Counted from the stretch's first letter, positions 8,745-17,792 are shown. The stretch is 32,000 nt of DNA from Candidatus Thorarchaeota archaeon (GCA_003345555.1 PRDJ01000067.1:25929-57928), one strand, 5' to 3'. A program made the numbers and translations. The notes: generated by a model not told the origin, from the sequence alone.

Positions 8745-9743
8745 GTGGTGTTCGAAACTGTTCCAAGATACAGACTTGCTTTTCTTCCAACTCCGCTTCA
8801 TCCAATGAGGAATCTTGGTAGAACACTGGGCCTTGATGAACTCTGGATTAAGAGAGATGACATGACGGGACCGAGCTTCGGGGGCAACAAGACAAGGAAG
8901 CTCGAGTTTGTAATAGGCGATGCGAGGGAGCATGACTGCGATACACTTGTAACCGTTGGTGCAGTACAGAGCAACCATTGCAGACAAACGGCCGCTGCCG
9001 CCGCGGCTGCAGGAATGCGGAGTGTTCTTCTGCTTGCTGGTAAGGAACCGGAAGACTACACTGGTAATCTTCTTCTTGACAAGCTGTACGGAGCTGAACT
9101 GAAGTTCTTTCCGGATGAAAACTTCATGTCGCTGAATGAGAAACTGGGAGTGGTTGTGTCCACGCTAGAGGAACTTGGCTTGAAACCCTATGCCATCCCT
9201 GCTGGAGCCGCAACCCCGATTGGCTCACTGGCTTACGCGGCGGCTATGGAAGAACTGAAAGTACAGCTCGAGAAGGCAGATCTCACTCCGCAGCACATCA
9301 TTGTTGCGACGAGTACTGGCGGCACTCTCGCCGGTCTCATCGCAGGAGCCCGCTCAGCTGGAATTGATGCCAACATCCTCGGTATTGACGTGTATGACTC
9401 TGCCGAGTCTGCAGTCAGTAGGGTTCAGCAGCTCGTTGAGAGAATGATTAGAGAGTTCCCGTCATTAGTTCCAAGATTCACTCCCGAGATCTCGATCACG
9501 GACCGTTTCACGGGAAACGGATATGGACTGATGGACGGAGCCGATCGTAAGGCAATCGAGATGTTCGCCAAGCTCGAAGGAATTCTGCTTGACCCTGTGT
9601 ACACAGGAAAGGCAGGCGCTGGGCTCATTGAGATGGCGCTATCAGGAGAAATAGCTGCCGACAGTCCAACTCTCTTCTGGCACACAGGCGGAACTCCCGC
9701 TCTCTTTGCGTATTCCGGAGAGTTGACAAGGGACGTCCAGTAA
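8745..9743 (+). CDS. PLP-dependent D-cysteine desulfhydrase / ACC deaminase family
   Basis: PTPLH, WIKRDD, GGNKTRKLEF (PLP lysine), QSNHCRQTAAAA, STGGTLAGL, EGILLDPVYTGKA, FWHTGG. GTG at 8745 follows an SD-like GGTGAT; TTG at 8730 is the alternative start. Confidence 0.9.
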   Translation: MVFETVPRYRLAFLPTPLHPMRNLGRTLGLDELWIKRDDMTGPSFGGNKTRKLEFVIGDAREHDCDTLVTVGAVQSNHCRQTAAAAAAAGMRSVLLLAGKEPEDYTGNLLLDKLYGAELKFFPDENFMSLNEKLGVVVSTLEELGLKPYAIPAGAATPIGSLAYAAAMEELKVQLEKADLTPQHIIVATSTGGTLAGLIAGARSAGIDANILGIDVYDSAESAVSRVQQLVERMIREFPSLVPRFTPEISITDRFTGNGYGLMDGADRKAIEMFAKLEGILLDPVYTGKAGAGLIEMALSGEIAADSPTLFWHTGGTPALFAYSGELTRDVQ

Positions 9744-9858
9744 GCTTCTCAGTTCGTCCCTGCTGCAACTTCGTTCCAGACAAGTTCGGATGCAGCTATG
9801 AGTTTAAGAACGGACACTTATAGTCGATATGGAATTCTAACGACCGTCAGAGGGTAAT

Positions 9859-10818
9859 GTGTTGAAGCGAAAAGAGGAAACGGCCTTTGCCGATGCATTT
9901 CAAGATCGGCTAGCAGTAGCATCAACAGAGAAAGTACGGATGGTAATCCGGGAGCAGTATAAAGATGCATTCGACATACTTCAAGATTGCGAAAATGCGA
10001 ACTTGATACCAGCAATAATCGGCCCACCCGGTGTGGGCAAGACGCTTCTTCTGAGAGCATATGCTCAGAAGACCAATCGATTGTTTGAATGGGTGACAGG
10101 GGACGAAGGAGTTCGTCCGTCGCATCTGATAGGATCCTTCAATCCCGCTCTCGTTCTCAACAAAGGATTCAGTCTCGACTCGTTCGAGCCCGGCCCTTTG
10201 CTTAGGGCAATGGTCTTCGGAGGGGTCTTCGGCCTAAACGAAGGCAATCGTCTGCCTGAGTATGTCCAAAACTCTCTGCTTGAGCCCTTTGAGGAGTTCA
10301 GTGTCAGCGTCCAAAGGCTCGGCAGGATAAAGGCACATGACGGCTTCTTTCCAGTCCTTACAATGAATCCAGACGAGATGGCCGGGGCCCACAGACTCAG
10401 CGAGGCTTTTAGGGACAGAGTGCGCGTCTGGATTAAGTTAGGATACCCGCGTAAAGAGACAGAGATTGAAATCATCCGAGTGAACTGTCCAGAGTACAAG
10501 CTGACCGATCATGTACTCGACAGCATCTACAGTCTAGTGTCAGCCACAAGGACCAATGCCGACATCGAGGTACCCGCATCGATTCGTGCGGGCATCTCAA
10601 TTGCTCGGCTAGCGGCTGAGATGTCTCGACGGGAAAAACGAGAAATCACGCATGAAGTCCTATCACATGCTGCTCATCATGTACTACTTGGGGGATTGAA
10701 GTTCCGGCCGGGCATTGACCTTGACCCAGCGGTGAGTCTCCTTGTCAGCAGAGCTTTAGCCTCCAGTCGCGCGGTGGCTACTGAGTCCAAGTCGGATGAA
10801 GAAGACACAGAGGCGTAA
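9859..10818 (+). CDS. MoxR / AAA_5-type AAA+ ATPase
   Basis: Walker A GPPGVGKT, atypical Walker B VFGLNE, sensor TMNP, arginine finger SEAFRDR, lid PASIRAG. Confidence 0.88.
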   Translation: MLKRKEETAFADAFQDRLAVASTEKVRMVIREQYKDAFDILQDCENANLIPAIIGPPGVGKTLLLRAYAQKTNRLFEWVTGDEGVRPSHLIGSFNPALVLNKGFSLDSFEPGPLLRAMVFGGVFGLNEGNRLPEYVQNSLLEPFEEFSVSVQRLGRIKAHDGFFPVLTMNPDEMAGAHRLSEAFRDRVRVWIKLGYPRKETEIEIIRVNCPEYKLTDHVLDSIYSLVSATRTNADIEVPASIRAGISIARLAAEMSRREKREITHEVLSHAAHHVLLGGLKFRPGIDLDPAVSLLVSRALASSRAVATESKSDEEDTEA

Positions 10819-10836
10819 CTTGGCGGTGCTTGAACT

Positions 10837-13365
10837 ATGACGAGCGGCCCGGCGTTAACACCGGATATGAGTAATGTTCCCTTCTTCGCATACGAGTTCA
10901 TTCACAGGATGAGACTGAGTCCCGATGCGAAAATCAAGCCTAGTATCCGTCAGACACAGGCGATTCCGGGACTCCTTTCTTCGCGATTCTTCAGGAACGG
11001 ACGCTTGACGCTAGACGATTTCGTCGAAGCTGCTGTGTTTACCACTTTTCCTCCCGACCAGGAGTTGGCTCGGATGATTGCCGAAGATATCGTTCTTGGG
11101 AAGTCATCGGAGAAAAAGGAGGAAGGCGTCGCCGTAGAGCCTCAGGAACAACGTATCAATGCAGATGCACTTCAGATTGTAATACAACAGATACGACGTG
11201 AACAGGAACTTGCTAAGAAGATCAAAAAGGAACTAGTACAGGCGGGCTATGACTACCTTCAGAAGCTTCGGGATAGGCAGGACTCTTCGCTTTATGATGC
11301 TGCCCATGACTACCTTAGCGACGGTGACATCGTGCTGCAAGGGATCTCGAACGACAGAGAGCTGAAGAAAGCCGCTTCACAGCAACTTCTCGACAGGGCA
11401 GGTAACTTGACGAGTAAGGACATCCTCAATTCTCAGGTGCTAGATGCCCTCAACGAACTGTCTACAACAGAGAATGCAGCAGAACGGCTCGCCGCTAAAG
11501 CATTACGATGCGACGCTGATGTTACGGCCCAGTTTCAACAACTCGCGTCTTGGGACCCAGCAACCGCTGCAAAGGCGCTGCACTACATGGAAGATATCAA
11601 GGCCCCGAAGAAGGCACAGAGGCAGGAGATGGATAGGGTATTGCAGCAGGCCCTTCAGGATCTCAGTCAAGCGGGCAGCTACTCAGCCGAGCTGGGCAGA
11701 TTGCCCGAGAATCTGTCTCAACTCATCACTGCTGCTGCCAGCAAGTTCGCCCTCGCCGACTCGTTCGAGTTTGCCAAACAAATCCAAGGCGGATCAGGAC
11801 AAGACATGCGTGAGGAAGTCATGCAGGGGTACGATAGCCAGTACGATTCTGGTGGATCGTCTAACGTCGATGCAAGACAGCTGGCAGAAAATGCAATGGA
11901 TAGCCCGAGCTGGAACAACCTTGTTGACAAACTTGTCAGTGACGCAGTCCAGAATGCTGACTCCCGTTCAACACCAGCTGAGTATCTGGCACAAGAGCTG
12001 CGTGAGTATGCCGGTCTCCGTCAAAAGCTACCTGATGCCGCCACAGGGCGGAAATGGGATGAGTCCATGCAGAGGCTCGCTGATGCGACTGCAGCTCGTG
12101 CTACGAGCAAGACTCATCTCCGTCAAATCGTCAAGTCATCATCGAATGCAGGCAGGGCCCCTTCTGCCGACGCGATTAAGAACGCTGGAAAGCGTTTGGG
12201 TATGAGCGAAGAGGAGATACTCGAACTCCTCAACCCCTCCTTTCAGACCATCAAGAATCTGATTCAGCGAGGTGTTTCCAGCTTCGACAGACTTCACGAC
12301 CTGATGTCTGCGGCCGGACTGACTCGGGACCAGCTAAGGCAGCTTGCGGACTTAGCTTTCTCTAAAGATAATGAAGGAGCACTAGGAGCCATAGCACATA
12401 TTGACCTTCATGCAGCTCTTGGCAGCGCATCTCCCAGATCCGGATACAGAGGCAGGGCCGGTCCTCAAGGGGCGACAGTGTCCGACAAACCGTATCAACC
12501 CCGGCTAGACAAGGTCATGGGCGGCCTTCTTGGCGGCCCTGCAACGAACATTGTCAGAATGTGGTTCGCGTATCGGGACGAAGTACCAGAGGAAGTCAAT
12601 ACTAGACTCAGGGAGATTGCCAAGAAGTTCCTAATCGATCTGGGCCAGCGATTCGCTCGTCAGACAATGGGGACTTCAATGCTTGGGGGACTGCAGGAGA
12701 GTTCTACGATTAGGCCATACAGAATAGGAGACGAGACCGACCTGATAGACCTTGAGGAGACCATCGATTGCCTTCTTTCTCAAGGAAGGACTAGTCTCCA
12801 AACCCTGAGTCCTGAGGACTTTCTAATCAATGAAATGTACCAAGGGCACAGAGCCTTCTTCTGGGCGCTGGACAAGTCAGGCTCCATGGACAGTTCCGAA
12901 AAGCTTGGGATGCTCGCCATCGCAGTAATGGCTGGAGTCTTCGCCGTACAGAGAGATGACTTCGGAGTAGTTCTCTTCGATAACGAGACACACATTGTGA
13001 AACGAATGGACGATAGACGCGCTTCGATAGACAAGGTCGTTGCTGACCTGCTTGATGTCAGGGCCGGAGGCGGGACAGGTGCTCGGACGTCCATTGCTCT
13101 CGCGTTGGCCAGTTTCAAACAGACAAGGGCAAAGGAGAGAATCCTGATGTTGAGCACCGACATGTATTTGAGCGACCTTCAGACCTGCGAAGAACTTGCA
13201 CGTGACCTCAAACAACAAGACATCAAGTTAATCATAATCGTGCCCAGAATCTCCTACGATTCGGAGGGAGCCGATTCTCTGGCTAGAGCAGGGCATGGAA
13301 CAGTTTTGCACATATCCAGTATAGAGGAACTCCCCGAGAGGCTACTCCAGCTCACGAACTACTAG
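10837..13365 (+). CDS. Large VWA (MIDAS) domain protein, partner of the upstream MoxR ATPase
   Basis: C-terminal ALDKSGSM, GGGTG, LSTD MIDAS elements and preceding DLIDLEETI motif; long helical middle; starts 18 bp after the ATPase stop. Confidence 0.85.
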   Translation: MTSGPALTPDMSNVPFFAYEFIHRMRLSPDAKIKPSIRQTQAIPGLLSSRFFRNGRLTLDDFVEAAVFTTFPPDQELARMIAEDIVLGKSSEKKEEGVAVEPQEQRINADALQIVIQQIRREQELAKKIKKELVQAGYDYLQKLRDRQDSSLYDAAHDYLSDGDIVLQGISNDRELKKAASQQLLDRAGNLTSKDILNSQVLDALNELSTTENAAERLAAKALRCDADVTAQFQQLASWDPATAAKALHYMEDIKAPKKAQRQEMDRVLQQALQDLSQAGSYSAELGRLPENLSQLITAAASKFALADSFEFAKQIQGGSGQDMREEVMQGYDSQYDSGGSSNVDARQLAENAMDSPSWNNLVDKLVSDAVQNADSRSTPAEYLAQELREYAGLRQKLPDAATGRKWDESMQRLADATAARATSKTHLRQIVKSSSNAGRAPSADAIKNAGKRLGMSEEEILELLNPSFQTIKNLIQRGVSSFDRLHDLMSAAGLTRDQLRQLADLAFSKDNEGALGAIAHIDLHAALGSASPRSGYRGRAGPQGATVSDKPYQPRLDKVMGGLLGGPATNIVRMWFAYRDEVPEEVNTRLREIAKKFLIDLGQRFARQTMGTSMLGGLQESSTIRPYRIGDETDLIDLEETIDCLLSQGRTSLQTLSPEDFLINEMYQGHRAFFWALDKSGSMDSSEKLGMLAIAVMAGVFAVQRDDFGVVLFDNETHIVKRMDDRRASIDKVVADLLDVRAGGGTGARTSIALALASFKQTRAKERILMLSTDMYLSDLQTCEELARDLKQQDIKLIIIVPRISYDSEGADSLARAGHGTVLHISSIEELPERLLQLTNY

Positions 13366-13367
13366 AT

Positions 13368-14126
13368 CTAGGGAACAAAACCGGGCTTCGGCGCAAGCGA
13401 TTTGTCCTTCACTTCCGATACCCAAAACTTGTAGGCACAGGCATACTCAGTTCCTCTCACATCCAAGAACCTTGAAGAGAACAACGACCTTAGACAGGTC
13501 ATGAATCTGTAGAATGGGTCCCTCGGTCTAGATATCTCAGCTAGGCAGTTGATTTGGTAGCCCGGAGCGACAGACTGGCCGGGCTGGGCCCACATGAAAG
13601 ACAGTGCCACTCTTGGGTCTCGTTGGATGTTTGAGTAAGTCGCTTCCTTAAACATCTCGACTGCTCCAAGCCTCATTCTGTCAATCTTCATGTCGTCTAT
13701 GTAGAGCCGCTTGTAGATGTCTATCCGTTCCTGCAACGTCTGCTTGAATGGCCTACCCTGAAGGGCCAAAAGCTCACCCTCGATCTCATCGACTGTCTCA
13801 TCAATGGCTTGGTCTGTTAGAGTGAGTCTCACAATCTTTGTGGCTGCGTTGATGGGAAAGGGTCCCGAGGAATTAAGAGTGCAAACAGCGGGTTTCATGA
13901 CTGTGGAGCTGTAGAGCTCCTCCACCCTTGCATATGCCTCGGTATTGCCATCAAGAGCCGAAGCCATAGCCTCATAGATTGGGTCCGGCAATGCGTTGAG
14001 AGGATAGCAGACAGTTATCTGATCGGGAAATGTGACCTCGACTCTTCTCCTTTCGCGGTCAACGAACCAGCTTACGGAACTGCCCTCTATTGGCAGGGTA
14101 CTCACTCTCAGAATCGTACAAAGCAC
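13368..14126 (-). CDS. Hypothetical protein with a C-terminal pyridoxamine-5'-phosphate oxidase-like (flavin-binding split barrel) region
   Basis: EMFKEATYSNIQRDPRVALSF..GYQINC resembles the TxxNLxxNPxVxL motif of split-barrel proteins. Start uncertain. Confidence 0.5.
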   Translation of the reverse strand: MLCTILRVSTLPIEGSSVSWFVDRERRRVEVTFPDQITVCYPLNALPDPIYEAMASALDGNTEAYARVEELYSSTVMKPAVCTLNSSGPFPINAATKIVRLTLTDQAIDETVDEIEGELLALQGRPFKQTLQERIDIYKRLYIDDMKIDRMRLGAVEMFKEATYSNIQRDPRVALSFMWAQPGQSVAPGYQINCLAEISRPRDPFYRFMTCLRSLFSSRFLDVRGTEYACAYKFWVSEVKDKSLAPKPGFVP

Positions 14127-14281
14127 ATATTAGATATAATGTAATGTGTGACGTTCTAGCGCGGTCGCGGAACGGTCGAGCGCTATTTCATCTGGACTAA
14201 GTTCCAGTAACGTAGCTGAAAAGAATGACAAGACAGATAGGGGATACTGGGTAACTTGGAACGTTGCTTGGAGTCACGATA

Positions 14282-14566
14282 ATGGTCGAGTCCTTTGAGA
14301 TAGACGAACAGGCAAGGCTCATACCGGCTGAGGAGTACGCAACTCACACGGACTCCCACAAGGTATTGGTCTTCGTAGACCATGAGAACAGAATCGTCTA
14401 TCTATGGCGCGGCAAGAAGGCGACTTTCATGACCAAACTCATGGGTACACGTGTGGCAGCCCGTCTGAGCCACACATATCCTGATTACCATGTTCGTCCG
14501 ATATCGGAGGACAATGAACCTGCTGCTTTCCTAGCCCTTATTGGCCTAGACCATGCCTTGGACTGA
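14282..14566 (+). CDS. Single-domain gelsolin-like protein (Asgard eukaryotic signature protein)
   Basis: 94 aa: VLVFVDHENRIVYLWRGKKA..KLMGTRVAARL..VRPISEDNEPAAFLALIG fits the gelsolin repeat consensus (vfilD..iy.W.G..s..ek..a..a..l..v..v.eg.E..F). Confidence 0.72.
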   Translation: MVESFEIDEQARLIPAEEYATHTDSHKVLVFVDHENRIVYLWRGKKATFMTKLMGTRVAARLSHTYPDYHVRPISEDNEPAAFLALIGLDHALD

Positions 14567-14592
14567 ATCTGAACCGCGACGCATAGGCAATA

Positions 14593-14994
14593 GTGCTTAA
14601 GCCACCATGGCAAGTGATGTCCGTGTCCGTTGATCCCAGAGCGCGTCTACATTGGATTCGGAACGTACGCAGAGGTCTCCTTGCTCGAACCAGTATAATC
14701 AGGAGGCTCGAACAGCAAGAGTGGACAACCGTCCAAGACCTAGCCTACGACGTGAACCTGACCGCAGCCACCATTCTCTACCATCTGCATCATATGCATA
14801 GCGAGAGCATCGTGGAGAGAGAAGCCCAAGGTAGAAGATGGGGAATGGGAGCACGCCATCAGGCATCGCTTGCTGACTATCTGAAGCCCGAAAAGCCTCG
14901 GAGAAAGGGAGAATCTGGTAGTTCAAAGAAGACAAACACGAATCCCCCAAAGCTGTCTACTCGGAGCAGGAATCGGAAGAGAATCAGGCGATGA
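14593..14994 (+). CDS. Winged helix-turn-helix protein (ArsR-like) with a basic tail
   Basis: IIRRLEQQEWTTVQDLAYDVNLTAATILYHLHHMHSESIVER HTH-wing pattern; K/R-rich C-terminus. Confidence 0.7.
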   Translation: MLKPPWQVMSVSVDPRARLHWIRNVRRGLLARTSIIRRLEQQEWTTVQDLAYDVNLTAATILYHLHHMHSESIVEREAQGRRWGMGARHQASLADYLKPEKPRRKGESGSSKKTNTNPPKLSTRSRNRKRIRR

Positions 14995-15124
14995 GAACCA
15001 TAGGTTACTTCCCTTCGCCGGCATCGCCAAGGTCTCGGTAAGAATGAAGAAGACGGTCGCAATGGATTCCGATCTTTTTGCCACGGAAAGTCATTTATGA
15101 TTGCGCGTCTAGCTCCATTCGGGA

Positions 15125-15670
15125 GTGCTTTTGAGACCTGATCGCTTTGGTGAACGTGTCTGTGCTTTGGTGTTCGCCGCGATTGTAGTCTTGTCCTTCG
15201 CCGTTCCAGAATCCTCAGGTGAAGAAACTACCACAACCATGGGTACTGATCCCAAGATCCTCCTTCCATTCCCACCAGGCGCGCAAGTAGTGCTTTCGGC
15301 GTACTGGTCCTTCACCCCCAACGTGACGTACGACTTTTCGTTTTGGGTAGATGACTCCGACGGAATTGACTGTGTGATTGTCAGGTACATGCTGCTTTCA
15401 CAGAGTGTCTGGCACAACATCTCAGCGACAGCAACAGAGGGAAATGCAACAAGAAGCTACTACGAAACCAGCTTCACTGGTTCTAAAGAAGGCCTGGATT
15501 GGAAGGTCTTTGCCAATGACAGTATGGGTCACTATACCGAGAACGGAACTATCAGGTATTTGACAGACACTTTCGTAGTGGATCCGAAAATCGTTCTTGT
15601 CATCGTGGCTCCAGTGTGGCTTGTTATCGCTGCACTAGTTCTACACAGAGGAAGAAGACAACAGCTGTGA
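15125..15670 (+). CDS. Secreted, C-terminally membrane-anchored beta-rich surface protein
   Basis: Hydrophobic N-terminus, N-glycosylation sequons NVT/NIS/NAT/NDS/NGT, WKVFANDSMG motif, C-terminal TM followed by HRGRRQQL. Start uncertain. Confidence 0.65.
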   Translation: MLLRPDRFGERVCALVFAAIVVLSFAVPESSGEETTTTMGTDPKILLPFPPGAQVVLSAYWSFTPNVTYDFSFWVDDSDGIDCVIVRYMLLSQSVWHNISATATEGNATRSYYETSFTGSKEGLDWKVFANDSMGHYTENGTIRYLTDTFVVDPKIVLVIVAPVWLVIAALVLHRGRRQQL

Positions 15671-15713
15671 AATCGAGCATTGCATTGATATGCTGGGCTA
15701 GCTCAGGGGAGCT

Positions 15714-16649
15714 TCAGGTTCCATAGAGTGCCAGTGCGTTCTCCCAGTATATCCGTTTCAGAACACTTCTGGACAGCGACAGACCGTTGATGAATGTGCC
15801 CCCGGAGTTCTTGGTGTCTTCATCTACGAATGGCAGTGGAACTCCGCGAACGTTGGTCTCCCACAACAGCCTTTCGGTCAGGAAGCGCCCCTCATAGTAT
15901 TCCCGTTCAAGTGAGCGAGCCACACAATCAGTGCCAAAGAGGATTCTGCGACAGTAACGAGTTACGAACGCCCTTGCTCTCTTAGGGTCTTTGCCGAGCT
16001 CTCTTGCCATCCATCTGGCGGAACCAGTGTCGACATAAAGGTTAGGATAGGTGTCGAACATCCGCCCCAGATTGTCGAGCCGAGAGAGTTCGGGCTGTGC
16101 GCCAAAGTGTGCGGCCTGGAATCTTAGATGCGCGCTTCTTGACAGTCTTTTTTCAAAGTCTCCAATATGGCTCTCTTTTGTTCCGTAGACTTCACTATTG
16201 GAGTACTTAGTTGCATAGTACGTGTCAGGGTCTGCTATGTGAATGACAACTGGAACCTGGAAATCAGAAAGAAGGCCGAAGAACATATCGAATTGCCCAT
16301 CGTTTACAGGAGGAATCGGTTTCGCTCCTTCCGGAATCCGGTCTCTCCAAGATGGAGCAAAATGCATCTTCGCCACAGAGTAGCCTTGCTCTCTCATCGA
16401 GGCGATTTCATTTCTTATGCCTGTGGGGTCATCCGTAAGCAGTGTATTGCCGAAGAAGAACTTGGCAAAGACGAAACGCCCGGGGTACAATTCTCGAAAG
16501 CGTGAGGACTGAGGACTATGCAGAATCAGAAGTGCTCTCTCAACGCCGAATTTCCTACCAGTCCCCACCATAAGTTTGAGAGCAGACTCGTCGGCCGCGT
16601 GAGAATGTGCATCAAACAGCGGGCCATCGTATGGAAGATCCTTCTCCAA
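15714..16649 (-). CDS. Amidohydrolase_2 family metal-dependent TIM-barrel hydrolase
   Basis: FDAHSH, AKMH, VVIHIADP, AAHFG, YVDT, RILFGTD. TTG at 16649 preferred over the track start at 16814, whose extension looks non-coding. Confidence 0.85.
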   Translation of the reverse strand: MEKDLPYDGPLFDAHSHAADESALKLMVGTGRKFGVERALLILHSPQSSRFRELYPGRFVFAKFFFGNTLLTDDPTGIRNEIASMREQGYSVAKMHFAPSWRDRIPEGAKPIPPVNDGQFDMFFGLLSDFQVPVVIHIADPDTYYATKYSNSEVYGTKESHIGDFEKRLSRSAHLRFQAAHFGAQPELSRLDNLGRMFDTYPNLYVDTGSARWMARELGKDPKRARAFVTRYCRRILFGTDCVARSLEREYYEGRFLTERLLWETNVRGVPLPFVDEDTKNSGGTFINGLSLSRSVLKRIYWENALALYGT

Positions 16650-16881
16650 GCGAGATTCCTCGCATTCAGTCTCGAACGACCCTGTACAAAACCGTTGAGA
16701 TAAGTAACATTGAGTTTTCCTTTCGCGGTTGCGGAAGAACTTTTCTCTCGCTTTGCCTGTTGTCCGGACGGCGCCCAGTGGTTGAAGCCAGATTGCAGGC
16801 AGGCTCGCACGCAATCTTTTTCATCAATTGTGGTCATGCAAAGTCAGCCATTTTCGACTGGCTTTAGGGAGATCTGAACAA

Positions 16882-17577
16882 ATGAAACGCGCACTACAAG
16901 TGCTGATCGCGCTTGCGATTTCGAGCCTGTTTCTTGCGTCCCCCGTGTCTGCAGCCTCGAACCAAGGCCTGTCCTGGGGGGTGCAACTCCACGATAGGCT
17001 GAACTACACGCTGGCTGTCAACAATGCGACGTTTCACATGAGTGAAGCGTTCTACTTGAACGTCACTGCAGACCCGCCTGCAATACCCGATTCCATGACT
17101 CTATTGAGTCAGGTTCCGACTGTGGACCTAGATGCCTGGTGGACCAATGGCACCGAGATGCAGATAGAATATGCAATACTGTTCTGGGTGCTTGTCGACC
17201 TACCCTTCGGGACAGGGGTGGTTCTACCCATTGGCAACTTCACACTGCTTGAACAGCTGGTCCAGACCTATATACTGTGGAGCAGTTCGACTGTATTTGT
17301 GGGCGATTCACAAAGTTGGGGAATGAAACTGGTCCAAGCCCACCCCGGCTACAACTCCACACTTGAGGCGACATATCAGCGAAACGACGGTGCTCTGGCA
17401 ACGGTAAGCGCGACTTCAACTAACAACACGTCGCATGCCACCATTGGCAGCCTGCAGATAACGCGAGGTCTGCCACTCGACATCATAGGGTGGATTCGAG
17501 AGAACATACTGATGGTCGGTGCTGGTGTCCTTGTCGTCGTGATCGTGGGCGCTGTCGTCTGCATGAAGAGGAAATAG
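16882..17577 (+). CDS. Secreted membrane-anchored glycoprotein, tandem paralog 1
   Basis: Signal peptide MKRALQVLIALAISSLFLASPVSA, 8 N-x-S/T sequons, C-terminal TM ending GAVVCMKRK; ATG 16882 follows GGGAGA. Confidence 0.85.
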   Translation: MKRALQVLIALAISSLFLASPVSAASNQGLSWGVQLHDRLNYTLAVNNATFHMSEAFYLNVTADPPAIPDSMTLLSQVPTVDLDAWWTNGTEMQIEYAILFWVLVDLPFGTGVVLPIGNFTLLEQLVQTYILWSSSTVFVGDSQSWGMKLVQAHPGYNSTLEATYQRNDGALATVSATSTNNTSHATIGSLQITRGLPLDIIGWIRENILMVGAGVLVVVIVGAVVCMKRK

Positions 17578-17586
17578 GTCATCTTG

Positions 17587-17615
17587 GGGGCTTCTGCCCC
17601 TGCTCCTTTCTTTTC
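17587..17615 (+). terminator. Hairpin plus pyrimidine tract after paralog 1
   Basis: GGGGC-ttct-GCCCC followed by tgctcctttcttttc; 19 bp identical to the copy after paralog 2. Confidence 0.6.
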
Positions 17616-17792
17616 GCTTCCAGATGTGATTGCAGTTCTCAGTGTCTGTTTCCAGTGGACACCAGAATCCAAACTCAGGTCTTCTCGCGGCCAATGTGGT
17701 ACCAAATGGCCGACGGCGCACACAATGCTTTTCTTCAATTGGATGGCTGGTAATCGTGCCATTTTCAAGTGGTTTTAGGGAGAATCTAGCAA

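Noticed and set aside
11444-12205. 253-aa alternative-frame ORF inside the VWA gene, plus the many other overlapping or antisense track ORFs
   Set aside because: Non-protein-like composition and overlap with well-supported genes; expected shadow ORFs at this GC content.
14201-14262. ORB-like GTTCCAGT and inverted TGGAAC
   Set aside because: Only half of the ORB consensus, no G-string, no cdc6/orc1 gene nearby.
16650-16814. 55-aa N-terminal extension of the amidohydrolase in the ORF track
   Set aside because: Not family-like; overlaps the promoter region of the divergent surface-protein gene.
17563-17577. CaaX or dilysine (KKxx) signal in the CMKRK tail, linked to the ICMT-family gene
   Set aside because: Cys is at -5, not -4, and lysines are at -1 and -3; ICMT-family proteins are widespread in prokaryotes without prenylation.
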